Assembly: GCA_035285805.1 (NCBI GenBank)
Contig: JAYKJE010000010.1
Location: 103,863 to 167,862 of the forward strand
Origin: a bacterium
GTDB taxonomy: Bacteria; Cyanobacteriota; Sericytochromatia; S15B-MN24; UBA4093
DNA length: 64,000 nucleotides
Direction of reading: 5' to 3'
The translations under genes were made by a program, and so were the position numbers. Shown here one piece after another: positions 10,680-19,404 of this stretch. Below the pieces are notes generated by a model, which did not search any database, had not been told where the DNA came from, and worked only from the letters and a program-made list of their open reading frames with translations. Numbering within the stretch: the first letter of the stretch is position 1; each line of letters starts with the position of its first letter.

Positions 10680-11414
10680 TCAGGATTCGGACGATTCGCT
10701 TGGCAGGCTCTTCGTGTGAACGAAGGCTTCTCCACAATCGATGTAGAAGGTGGCCCCCGGGACGTAATGCAGCCCGGCCACCTTGCCAACCTGGGCAGGG
10801 CCTTCCTTGTCGAAGGCCTCCTTGACTGCCTTGATGGCCCGGGCATCGAGATTGCCCCCGAACAGGCCCACCAGCGGGTTCATCGCGTTCGCCTCGACGC
10901 TCCGTTCGTCCAGGGCTACCCAGATCTTGCCTTCTCCATCCAGGCGAACCGTCATGTCGAAGGTGAGCTGGATGTCGTGGATCTGGTACTTCACGCGCCC
11001 CGAGATCCGGATCCGGTCCTCCACGCTGGCCGCGCGCAGATCGTCGGGCAGCCGACGGTCGAGCGACCGGGTGAACTCTGCCTGCACGGTCTGGATGACC
11101 TGCGTACGCAGTTCCGAACGTTCATTCTCGACGACGGTATCTGCACCGGGAGTGCTCTCGATTCCCAGGTAATCATTGATGATCGCGACGGCGGCACCCG
11201 GATGCTGCTGCTTCACCCAGGTCACGAAGGGATGGTTCAGGATGCCGCGCCCCGCTTGCTGCGTGCCAGCGGCCATCGAGGGCGAGCCAGGCGCCGAGGC
11301 GGGTGGCCGGTTCTGGAGCGCCATATCTGGCGCAGACGCGACGCTGCGCGCCCCGCAAGCCGCAAGATTCATGACAATCGTGGCTCCCACGGCCCATCTG
11401 CTCATCTGCCGCAT
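10680..11414 (-). CDS. Putative lipoprotein
   Basis: Signal peptide ending in LAAC lipobox; protein-like composition. Confidence 0.7.
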   Translation of the reverse strand: MRQMSRWAVGATIVMNLAACGARSVASAPDMALQNRPPASAPGSPSMAAGTQQAGRGILNHPFVTWVKQQHPGAAVAIINDYLGIESTPGADTVVENERSELRTQVIQTVQAEFTRSLDRRLPDDLRAASVEDRIRISGRVKYQIHDIQLTFDMTVRLDGEGKIWVALDERSVEANAMNPLVGLFGGNLDARAIKAVKEAFDKEGPAQVGKVAGLHYVPGATFYIDCGEAFVHTKSLPSESSES

Positions 11415-11609
11415 CGCGGTTCTCCCCCCGTCTGCGATTCCCCGAGGGCGTTATCGTCTCGTTCCCGGCGGACCCGGTAAAGACCATTCCATGCTCCGTT
11501 TAAAAATGGCTACAAAGCGGGTTGTGACTGTCATCCTGGCCGGGTCGCCCCGCGAGCGGATACGCTGGATCCGGAAGCGTTCGTTGCAGGTCTGGGAAGG
11601 TCCGGTCGC

Positions 11610-12824
11610 GTGTCGCGCAGCATGATCAGGGCGCTGTTGGCGCGTGGCCTGGCGATCGCCGTACTGAGCGGCGTCCCTGCCTTCGCCGTCGAAAAACCGT
11701 CCCCCGAGGATCCCGCGTTCCGGCGCGGAGCCTGTCTCTTCCTGTTCGGCGAGGAGGCGTTCCTGGTCGGGGGGGAGATCGATGGACGTCCCGTGAGCAC
11801 CGTGGAACGCCTGGTCTTCCCGGCCGAGGTCGCCACCCGCGCGATCGATCTGGAACTCAGCCTGCCTCGAACGGCTGCCGCCTCCGTCGTCACGTCCGGC
11901 GGAGTCTTCATCGTGGGGGGGCGTACGGCCGATGGTCAGCCTCTCGCTTCCGTGGAATGGGTTCAGGCAGACGAGCGCGGGCGCCTCGAGGGCCCCTCGC
12001 AGATCGAGCCGGGCACGGGGCTCAACGTGCCCCGCTCGGACCACATGGCGATCGCCATCGGATCCTGGGTCTACGTGCTGGGGGGTGCGGGCCCGGAGGG
12101 GGTGCTGCGCTCGATCGAGCGCGCGCCCATCACTCCGGAGGGCAGTCTCGGTCGATTCGAGGATGTGGCCAGTTCGTCACTCGTGGTTCCCAGGGCCGGT
12201 GCCGTGACCGTTCGCCTCGGCTCGCGCCTGCTGGTCGGGGGCGGTCTCACCGGTCCGGGTCAGGTTCTCGATTCATGGGAACAGGCACTCATCGATGACA
12301 GCGGGCAACTCGGGCCCTTCGAGCCCGTGCCCGGGGTCAGGCTCAACGTGGCCCGGCAGAGGGCCGGGGTCGTCGCGCACGACGGTCGGTTGATCGTCGG
12401 GGGGGGGGCTGGCGGTTCGGAGCCGCTGCGCTCGACCGAGGTCGCGACGTGGTCCATCGATGCGGGCCTGTCGCCCTTCCTGGCTGGCCCGGAACTCGTC
12501 AGGCCCCGGTTCGGCCCCCTGATCTGGGTCGCCTCAGGCGACCTCCGGGTCCTGGACGGGGCGGGGTCGGCCGAAACCGTGGCCTGGGCAAGCGTGCAGG
12601 CTTCTGAACAGGTGGCTGTGACCGGATCCGGGCGCGTTCCGGAGGGGAGCCCTGTCGAGCAGAACTCACGGAGTTCCGACCCGGATACGGGCACGGAGCC
12701 CGTGCCGGCATCCGGTCCTTCCGTCCTTCCCGAGACGGTTGCGTCCTCGTCGTTCAGTCCGGGCGTCCCCGTGACCGGACCGGAAGGACCGTCGCCAGCC
12801 GCCACGGAATCCTTCGGATCGTGA
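11610..12824 (+). CDS. Secreted Kelch-repeat beta-propeller protein
   Basis: Signal peptide; repeated PR...VYVLGG...SIERA Kelch-type units; P/S-rich tail. Confidence 0.75.
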   Translation: MSRSMIRALLARGLAIAVLSGVPAFAVEKPSPEDPAFRRGACLFLFGEEAFLVGGEIDGRPVSTVERLVFPAEVATRAIDLELSLPRTAAASVVTSGGVFIVGGRTADGQPLASVEWVQADERGRLEGPSQIEPGTGLNVPRSDHMAIAIGSWVYVLGGAGPEGVLRSIERAPITPEGSLGRFEDVASSSLVVPRAGAVTVRLGSRLLVGGGLTGPGQVLDSWEQALIDDSGQLGPFEPVPGVRLNVARQRAGVVAHDGRLIVGGGAGGSEPLRSTEVATWSIDAGLSPFLAGPELVRPRFGPLIWVASGDLRVLDGAGSAETVAWASVQASEQVAVTGSGRVPEGSPVEQNSRSSDPDTGTEPVPASGPSVLPETVASSSFSPGVPVTGPEGPSPAATESFGS

Positions 12825-12828
12825 TCCC

Positions 12829-12881
12829 GGGGAGGGCCTCCCCAGCAGACGAGGCCCTCCCCACCAGGGGAAGGGCCTCGT
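12829..12881. terminator. Alternative GC hairpins between the convergent Kelch gene and rpmB
   Basis: GGGGAGGGCCTC pairs with GAGGCCCTCCCC, which can alternatively pair with GGGGAAGGGCCTCG; no clear U-tract. Confidence 0.5.
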
Positions 12882-12898
12882 GCAACCGGAACGGCGGC

Positions 12899-13138
12899 CT
12901 AGTGAAGGATCGCTTCCGAAGCGCCGTAGCGCTTGATGGTGTCCTTGAGGCCGTAGCGGCTGATGGTCTTCATGACCTTGGTCGACACCCGGAGGCGCAC
13001 CCAGCGGTTCTCATCGGCCAGGAAGAAACGCTTCCACTGGAGGTTCGGCTCCTGGCGGCTGACGGTGCGGTGGTTCGAGTGGCTGACCAGGTTGGAACGC
13101 TCGGGGCGCTTCCCGGAAATCATGCACTTCTGTGCCAT
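12899..13138 (-). CDS. rpmB: 50S ribosomal protein L28
   Basis: MAQKCMISGK..NLVSHSN..PNLQWKRF..VRLRVSTK; AAGGAG RBS. Confidence 0.95.
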   Translation of the reverse strand: MAQKCMISGKRPERSNLVSHSNHRTVSRQEPNLQWKRFFLADENRWVRLRVSTKVMKTISRYGLKDTIKRYGASEAILH

Positions 13139-13207
13139 GAGGTGCTCCTTGGCAAACAAAACGGGCGCCGACTTCCGGGGAAGACCGGCGACCAGAGGGT
13201 CTGAAAC

Positions 13208-13236
13208 AGCATACGCGACGTGCGGGGGGTTGTCAA
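13208..13236 (-). promoter_or_regulatory. Sigma-70-type promoter for rpmB
   Basis: Minus strand TTGACA (13236-13231), N17, TATGCT (13213-13208). Confidence 0.75.
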
Positions 13237-13253
13237 AGCTCTTGGTCAAGCCT

Positions 13254-13282
13254 TTGACAAACCTTCGCAGGCGCATTACCAT
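13254..13282 (+). promoter_or_regulatory. Sigma-70-type promoter for rpmG
   Basis: TTGACA (13254-13259), N17, TACCAT (13277-13282). Confidence 0.75.
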
Positions 13283-13329
13283 CGAGTCTGAATCGGATCC
13301 TCATCGTCTACGAACACCGGGAGGCCCAC

Positions 13330-13491
13330 GTGGCAGCGCAAGGCTCGCGTATCATCATCAAGCTCAAGAGTACCGAGAGTGGTTTCACCTACGTGACCAT
13401 GAAGAACAAGCGGAACAATCCGGACCGCATGGTTCTTCGCAAGTACGACCCGATGGTCAAGCGTCACGTCGAGTTCCGCGAGACCAAGTAA
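13330..13491 (+). CDS. rpmG: 50S ribosomal protein L33 (cysteine-free form; not in the ORF track)
   Basis: Manual translation [53 protein letters not shown]; GTG start, GGAGG RBS. Confidence 0.95.
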   Translation: MAAQGSRIIIKLKSTESGFTYVTMKNKRNNPDRMVLRKYDPMVKRHVEFRETK

Positions 13492-13504
13492 TCGGTTCTG
13501 AGTT

Positions 13505-13547
13505 ACCATCAGGGGGACCTCCACGGAGGTCCCCCTGATGGTGTTTT
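13505..13547 (+). terminator. Intrinsic terminator after rpmG (probably bidirectional)
   Basis: ACCATCAGGGGGACCTCC-AC-GGAGGTCCCCCTGATGGT perfect inverted repeat followed by GTTTT. Confidence 0.85.
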
Positions 13548-13577
13548 CTGGGCCATGATTCCCGCAAGTGCCTGGAC

Positions 13578-15644
13578 TCAGGGCCAGGCCGTCAGCCAGT
13601 GCCGCCAGCTGCCCAGGGCGGCCTGCGTGAGGCGACGGCGGGCCAGGCGACCGTCGCGTGACCACAGGAAGCGAGCCACCTCGGCGATCTGAGGATGTCC
13701 GATTTTTCCCGGACCGCTCAGCAGGGCCATCGGCCATCCCGGGCGTGAAAGCCAGCGGACGATCGCAAGTTCCGTTGAAGACAGGGCCCGGACCAGGGCA
13801 CGTACGAACGGTTCGAGGTCGATGCGGGGATCGCTCAGGATCATCTTGCCCACCCGCCACGAGCGAGCCAGGAATTCCGGATCGGTGGCCTCCGGGGAGG
13901 TCACCCAGATGTCGATCCGCTCCCGGATGGCCGGCGTCTCGAGCCAGCGCGTGCCCCAGGCGACCAGCGCCGACACCCGGGTGGGGTGCATCGCGACGAG
14001 CGTCTCGAGGATGCGGATCACCCAGTCGAGATTCCAGCTTTCCTCGCCAGGCAAGGCGCGAGCCATCCAGGCCTGACCTTCTGCGAGTTGCTCGCTCGAC
14101 AGCGCCTCCAGGGGCAGGGAAACCAGCGTCTCGACGATCCAGCGGATGCCTTCGTCGGAGGTGAGGTACGCGCGCAGTTCGGACGGATCGAACGAGGGTT
14201 CCAGGCTGGCCTGGGTGAGCAGGGTCTTCCAGCGGGCCACGTCGTCCAGGCTGCCGACCTCGAGGCGGGTGCGCAACTGTTCCCGCATCGCGGCGCGCTC
14301 GGGGGCGAGCATCAGCTTGGCCGCGTAGGGAATGCCCACCTCGAGGAAGCGGTACACGGGGACCCTTTGTCGGACGACCATCTCCATGCAGCCGACCGAT
14401 CGCATCAGGAAGGTGAAGCGGTCCGGCATGCAGAAGGGCAGGTCCAGCAACTGGTCGCCCAGTTTCTGGAAGATCTCCTGCATCGAGAGTGGATCCTGGC
14501 CGAGGCCGAGCTGCGACCGGTAGACCTCTTCCACCAGCGGGATCAGGCGAGCCCGATCGACCTCGGGAGGCAGGAAGCCAAGCCGGATCATGTCCTCGAG
14601 AAAGCCGCCCAGGTCCTCGTGAACCAGATGCACGAAGGCGTCCACCAGGATCTCCTGGGTATCCGGAGGCATGGTATCCACCATGCCGAAATCCAGGTAC
14701 ACGACCTCGCCATCGGGGCGGACCAGCACGTTGCCCGGGTGGGTGTCCCCGTGAAAGAAGCCGTCCTCGAGGACCTGCTTGATGAATGCCCGGACCCCCC
14801 GGTTCGCGACTTCCAGGAAGTCGACGCCATGGGCGGCCAGACCCGCATCGTCATCGAACTTGACGCCCTCGATGTACTCCATGGTCAGGACGCGCGTGGT
14901 GGAATGCTCTGGAAAACTGCGAGGCGCCGTGATCCCGTCGAAATGTTCGAAGTTCCGCCTGAAGCGGTCCATGTGGTGACGTTCAAGTTCGAAGTCGATC
15001 TGGTCGCGCAGGCTGTCTGCAAACCGACGCAGGATGGCCCTGTAGGGCATCGCCGGTGAGATGGGGATTCCCCAGCGGGTGAAGTCCCGTCCCTCGAACC
15101 AGGACGCGATGCGGTCCAGGACGGACACGTCACGGGCCATGAGCCTCGCAAGGCCCGGACGCTGGATCTTGATCGCGACCTGCTCACCCGTGTGCAGTTC
15201 CGCCCGGTGGACCTGCCCGATGGATGCGGCCGAGATCGGAGCCCGTTCGACGGAACGGAAGCGCGAAGCCAGCGGTCCACCGAGTTCGCTTTCGAGGATC
15301 GACCGTACCGTGTCCCATGACATGGCCGGCACTCGGTCCTGTAATCCCGCCAGTTCCTCGATGTACGCGCGGGGGACCAGGTCGGGACGGGTGGACATCA
15401 TCTGGCCCAGCTTGATGAATGAAGGGCCCAGGTTCACGAGCATGTGGCGAAAACGGTGCGCAGCCCGGCGATCGCGCTCGGAGCGATCCTGGAGCCACCC
15501 TCGGCGGCTCCGAACGTGCGACCAGATTTCCCGGAGCGTGAAGCCCCCGATGGCCCGGGTAATGGTCCAGGTCCGACCCAGCGATTCGAGTCGGGTGACG
15601 GGAGGAAGGGGGGCGGCGACGGGCTGTGCGTCAGGGATGGTCAA
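13578..15644 (-). CDS. ABC1/UbiB (AarF) atypical kinase with a long C-terminal extension
   Basis: LGPSFIKLGQ, AASIGQVHRA, VAIKIQRP, FFHGDTHPGN, YLDFGM. Confidence 0.92.
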   Translation of the reverse strand: MTIPDAQPVAAPLPPVTRLESLGRTWTITRAIGGFTLREIWSHVRSRRGWLQDRSERDRRAAHRFRHMLVNLGPSFIKLGQMMSTRPDLVPRAYIEELAGLQDRVPAMSWDTVRSILESELGGPLASRFRSVERAPISAASIGQVHRAELHTGEQVAIKIQRPGLARLMARDVSVLDRIASWFEGRDFTRWGIPISPAMPYRAILRRFADSLRDQIDFELERHHMDRFRRNFEHFDGITAPRSFPEHSTTRVLTMEYIEGVKFDDDAGLAAHGVDFLEVANRGVRAFIKQVLEDGFFHGDTHPGNVLVRPDGEVVYLDFGMVDTMPPDTQEILVDAFVHLVHEDLGGFLEDMIRLGFLPPEVDRARLIPLVEEVYRSQLGLGQDPLSMQEIFQKLGDQLLDLPFCMPDRFTFLMRSVGCMEMVVRQRVPVYRFLEVGIPYAAKLMLAPERAAMREQLRTRLEVGSLDDVARWKTLLTQASLEPSFDPSELRAYLTSDEGIRWIVETLVSLPLEALSSEQLAEGQAWMARALPGEESWNLDWVIRILETLVAMHPTRVSALVAWGTRWLETPAIRERIDIWVTSPEATDPEFLARSWRVGKMILSDPRIDLEPFVRALVRALSSTELAIVRWLSRPGWPMALLSGPGKIGHPQIAEVARFLWSRDGRLARRRLTQAALGSWRHWLTAWP

Positions 15645-15653
15645 CGGTGGCCC

Positions 15654-16319
15654 TCATCCCCCGAACATCGTCCATCCACGCTTGCCCACGTAGTCCGACT
15701 CCTTGCCCGAAAAAGCTCCCTTGACGGCATCGAGGACCTCGTCCTTGACCCGAGCTTTGGACAGCGCATCCATCACGAGACCCTGGTTGCGGTTCGAATT
15801 GGCGAGGCGCTCGGCCAGGATCATCGACAGCTTGAGGCCGAAGGTGGGATCCTCCTCGAAGAGCCGCGAGACGTCGGGGAACACCAGCAGCTTGCACGAC
15901 CTGGTCGCGCGGACGGTCGCGGTGCGGGGAGTCTTGAGCAGGGCCCCCATCTCGCCGAGATAGGTGCCCGAGCCTTCCTTCGCATCGATGTGTGCGACGC
16001 GGTTCGTGCCGATGTACACGTCGACGGCGCCTTCCATCAGGAGGAACAGCTCGTAGGTCATCTCTCCCTCGCGGAAGATCGACTTGCCAGATTTCACGTT
16101 CCAGATCTCGGGTGGTTTGCTGGTCGGCCGGGTCCTCGGAGGCGCTTTACCCGTCAGGGGATCGACGGGATCGTCCGGATCGGGGGGGAGTTCATCCTCG
16201 CGGCTCTGGCGATTGGCTGCCAGCCGCGCCTTCATGAGCTGGAGCGCTGCCGTGACATCACGCGGCTCGCTGGGTTCGTCCAGCGGGTTGTGGGCATCGA
16301 GGTGCAAGGAGTCGGTCAT
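15654..16319 (-). CDS. Cyclic-nucleotide-binding domain protein
   Basis: IFREGE, LMEGAVDV, YLGEMGALL, PRTATVRA; AGGAG RBS; no C-terminal HTH seen. Confidence 0.85.
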   Translation of the reverse strand: MTDSLHLDAHNPLDEPSEPRDVTAALQLMKARLAANRQSREDELPPDPDDPVDPLTGKAPPRTRPTSKPPEIWNVKSGKSIFREGEMTYELFLLMEGAVDVYIGTNRVAHIDAKEGSGTYLGEMGALLKTPRTATVRATRSCKLLVFPDVSRLFEEDPTFGLKLSMILAERLANSNRNQGLVMDALSKARVKDEVLDAVKGAFSGKESDYVGKRGWTMFGG

Positions 16320-16404
16320 GGGCGGTTTCTCCTGTCCTGGAACCTGCCGTCTACAAGCATCATCTACCCCTTCACGGGGGGAGTCCAGATCATCAAGTGC
16401 GCCA

Positions 16405-17067
16405 TCACCAGAATTTCCACCAGGGTCGCGGGGGGCGGGACTGGGCCTGCAGCGCGCGAGCGATCTCGTCGAGGAGTCGCTCATCCTGGTCCTCGTCCGA
16501 GGCCGTCTGAGTGGCCACCGTGGCCTCGAGTTCGAGCAGGCGCCGCTGGAGCTTGCGCAGGTCTTCCTTGCCCCGGATCGATTCGTCCTGGGCGCGCCGC
16601 GCTTCTGCCACGTCACGCTCGAGTTGCTTGATGCGATCGTCCACGGCGCCCGACGGTGATGAAGACGGGATGCCCGATTCCAGGAGCCTCAGGTTTTCCT
16701 CGCCGAGTCGCTGGATGGCCGAGCCCTGCGCGATCACCAGCTGTTCGAGCTGATCGAGTCGGTCGAGCATGGCCTGCATGACCTCGCGGACCCCCGGCGG
16801 CTGGACCTCGGCATCGGCTGGCACCAGCGTGGTAGTCTCCACCTCGGGTTCCGATCGCTGCACGAGCATCGAGCGGATCTCGTCGACGGGCAACTCGTCG
16901 GCACGTTTCGCGAGGATGAGGCGCAGGTTCTCGACGTCGGTCTCGGTCAGGATGCACCGACCCTGCTCGTTGCGCTGGAAGGACAGCTCGAACTCCTGCT
17001 CGTAGCGGCGGATCAGCGGCACGGAGATGCCCAGGACCTCCGCTGCGTCCTTCATCGTGTAGGCCAT
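16405..17067 (-). CDS. MerR-type HTH/coiled-coil protein, RacA-like
   Basis: YTMKDAAEVLGISVPLIRRYEQEF..RNEQGR..TETDVENL, then coiled coil and C-terminal RPWWKFW. Confidence 0.75.
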   Translation of the reverse strand: MAYTMKDAAEVLGISVPLIRRYEQEFELSFQRNEQGRCILTETDVENLRLILAKRADELPVDEIRSMLVQRSEPEVETTTLVPADAEVQPPGVREVMQAMLDRLDQLEQLVIAQGSAIQRLGEENLRLLESGIPSSSPSGAVDDRIKQLERDVAEARRAQDESIRGKEDLRKLQRRLLELEATVATQTASDEDQDERLLDEIARALQAQSRPPRPWWKFW

Positions 17068-17984
17068 CAGGCGCCCCCCGCCGGGCGCTTGCGCGCGCGC
17101 CGCGGCTTCTGGAAGACGAACACGTATTCATGCCGGAAGAGGTAGTATCCCTGCGCCAGCGAGCGGTACTTCCAGAGATTGCCGGACTTGCCCTTGCCCT
17201 TCTCGTTGCCCTGGATGTCTTTCACGACGATGCTCTTCAGGGTGAATCCCCGCTCCATCGCGAGCTGCATGGTGTGAAAGCCCAGCGGGACCCACTGTCC
17301 CCGGGCATACTTGTCCCCGATGACGATCGCCATCGTGCCACCGGGGGCGGTGAGTTCGTGGGCCCGGTCGATCACCGAGGCGAAACGCTCGAGAAACTCC
17401 TCATCGGACTGGACGTGGGACAGGTCCTGCGCGTCCTGGCCTCCCGAGAACTGGATGATGTCGCTGTAGGGGGGGTGCAGGATCACCAGCTCGGCCTGTT
17501 CCTTGCCGAGTTCGCGCAGGGCGTCGAGCACGCGGTCGCGAGTCTCGGGGAGGGCCGAACTCCCGACCAGCACCCGGGTCGTGACTCCATGGCCGTTCTC
17601 GGTCTGCTCGATGCGCTCCCGGGCACGTTCGGCCACCTCGCCCAGCAACTCGACGCCGATCCCGTGACGTCCCATCCGGCGGCATTCGATCAGGGTCGTC
17701 CCCATGCCCAGGAAGAGATCGACCACGACATCTCCCTGGCGCGTGAAACGGTGGAAAAGCTGCTGGGGGATCTGGGGGATGAAGTTGCCGTGGTAGTCAC
17801 CGGCATGGGAGGCTCCCCGGTCGCGACGCGAGAACAGCCACAGGCTATCGGTCTCGACCTCGCCGAGGTAGTCCTTCCATCGGGTCATGTCGAGGTCCGT
17901 CCGGGGAGACCGGCGTCGGGATGATGGGGGGGCTGCTTCCATGCGAGGGTTTGGCTCCGGGACGGGGGGCATCTCACCTGCCAT
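17067..17984 (-). CDS. Amino (N4/N6)-type DNA methyltransferase-family protein
   Basis: HGNFIPQIP, DLFLGMGTT (motif I), GIGVEL, LHPPY (motif IV variant), HEYVFVFQK; start uncertain. Confidence 0.8.
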   Translation of the reverse strand: MAGEMPPVPEPNPRMEAAPPSSRRRSPRTDLDMTRWKDYLGEVETDSLWLFSRRDRGASHAGDYHGNFIPQIPQQLFHRFTRQGDVVVDLFLGMGTTLIECRRMGRHGIGVELLGEVAERARERIEQTENGHGVTTRVLVGSSALPETRDRVLDALRELGKEQAELVILHPPYSDIIQFSGGQDAQDLSHVQSDEEFLERFASVIDRAHELTAPGGTMAIVIGDKYARGQWVPLGFHTMQLAMERGFTLKSIVVKDIQGNEKGKGKSGNLWKYRSLAQGYYLFRHEYVFVFQKPRRARKRPAGGA

Positions 17985-18052
17985 TCTATGCGACCCGGTG
18001 GTCGGGAGCCACCATCCTTGCGTTCCGGGGACGTCGGCGATACGGTGACACC

Positions 18053-18808
18053 ATGCGTGACTGGCGATTCCTTCTCGACCCTCCGGCTTCCGGCGTCCGG
18101 CACATGGCGGCTGACGAGGCGCTTCTCGAATCGGTACGCGCCGGTCTGGCTCCCCCCACCCTCAGGCTTTACTGCTGGGACAGGCCCACCGTGAGTCTGG
18201 GAAGGACCCAGGCCGTGGAGCGCGCCGGACGGCGCCATCTCCCTGCTCTGCCGGAGGCGTGGCCCGTCGTCGTGCGCCCGACGGGGGGACGTGCTCTCCT
18301 TCACGGAGCCGGGGATCTCACCTATGCCGTCGCGATTCCCGACGATGCGGGATTCCCCGCCGATGTCCGAGGCATGTACTGCTCGATCGCCCGCTGGCTG
18401 TCGCGGGCCCTGGCCCGGGTTGGCCTGGAGGGCTCCCTCCAGCAGGGCTCCACGGCTCCCGGGCCCCACTTCGACTGCCTGGCCGTGGCCACGGAAGCCG
18501 ACCTGGTCGTGCGCGGGATGAAGCGAGTCGCCAGTGCCCAGTTGCGACGTCCTGGCGGCACGCTCCAGCACGGTGCCGTCTGGCTCGATAGCGATCCCGT
18601 CATGCTCGAGAGCCTGCTCTCCGGCAGTCGCCTGCCGCCTGGCTTGCCTGGACCCGGACACGAGCGCCTCACGGCCGTGGGGGAGGCACTGGTGATTGCC
18701 GCCAGGGAACTCTGGGGCGTCAGCATCTCGCCCGGGGCATGGCAGGACCACGAACTCGCGACGGTGGAACACCTGGTGCGTCAGGTTCCATCCAGCGGTG
18801 GCGCCTGA
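18053..18808 (+). CDS. Lipoate-protein ligase A/LipM-family protein
   Basis: MAADEALL, PTLRLY, TVSLG, VRPTGGRALLH, KRVASAQ, LQHG. Confidence 0.88.
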   Translation: MRDWRFLLDPPASGVRHMAADEALLESVRAGLAPPTLRLYCWDRPTVSLGRTQAVERAGRRHLPALPEAWPVVVRPTGGRALLHGAGDLTYAVAIPDDAGFPADVRGMYCSIARWLSRALARVGLEGSLQQGSTAPGPHFDCLAVATEADLVVRGMKRVASAQLRRPGGTLQHGAVWLDSDPVMLESLLSGSRLPPGLPGPGHERLTAVGEALVIAARELWGVSISPGAWQDHELATVEHLVRQVPSSGGA

Positions 18809-19404
18809 TCCGGCTTCGAGGCATGGTCGGCCGCAAGCCGCTTCATCTGGATCATGGTGCGGGTCAGGCCGACACCCAGAGCCACGCTGCGCAGGTCACG
18901 GATGTCCAGGACACCCAGGGAGACGAACTGGTCGAGCATGTTGTAGGCCAGTTCCCCGAGCTGGATGAGCTCCGCGAGACGGTCCGCCGCGACATGGCGG
19001 AGTTCCTGTTCTCCATCGGGACTCACGGGGCCGGATTCGAGCTCACCCTCGACCTGCCTCAGGCGCTCCAGGGTGGCTCCCATCTGGTACAGCTCGCGCT
19101 CTCGGAGCACCTTGGAGATGGGTCTCCAGATGTTACGCTCGGCCTGGTAGAACTCGCGGCGCTCCCCGGGGGTCGAGATGCGGTGGACGACGCCCCAGCG
19201 GACGAGCTCCTGCAGGACCATGCTGACCAGGCCTGAACTGATCCCCAGCCCCTCACGCAGGTCATGGGCCGACAGCGGGCGGGGACTGACGTACAGGTAG
19301 GTCCAGACCATGCCCAGGACCCGCTTGAAGCCCCAGAGTTCGACGATCTGTCCCACGGCCTCGCAGGCCTGGTAGATGGCCGGATCGACCCGGGGGGACG
19401 TCAT
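18781..19404 (-). CDS. GbsR/MarR-family transcriptional regulator
   Basis: WGFKRVLGMVWTYLY..PLS...LGISSGLVSMVLQELVRWGVV...GERREFY. Confidence 0.85.
   Translation of the reverse strand: MTSPRVDPAIYQACEAVGQIVELWGFKRVLGMVWTYLYVSPRPLSAHDLREGLGISSGLVSMVLQELVRWGVVHRISTPGERREFYQAERNIWRPISKVLRERELYQMGATLERLRQVEGELESGPVSPDGEQELRHVAADRLAELIQLGELAYNMLDQFVSLGVLDIRDLRSVALGVGLTRTMIQMKRLAADHASKPDQAPPLDGT

Noticed and set aside
17067-17984. Restriction-modification or defence island
   Set aside because: No nuclease, specificity subunit or other defence gene nearby
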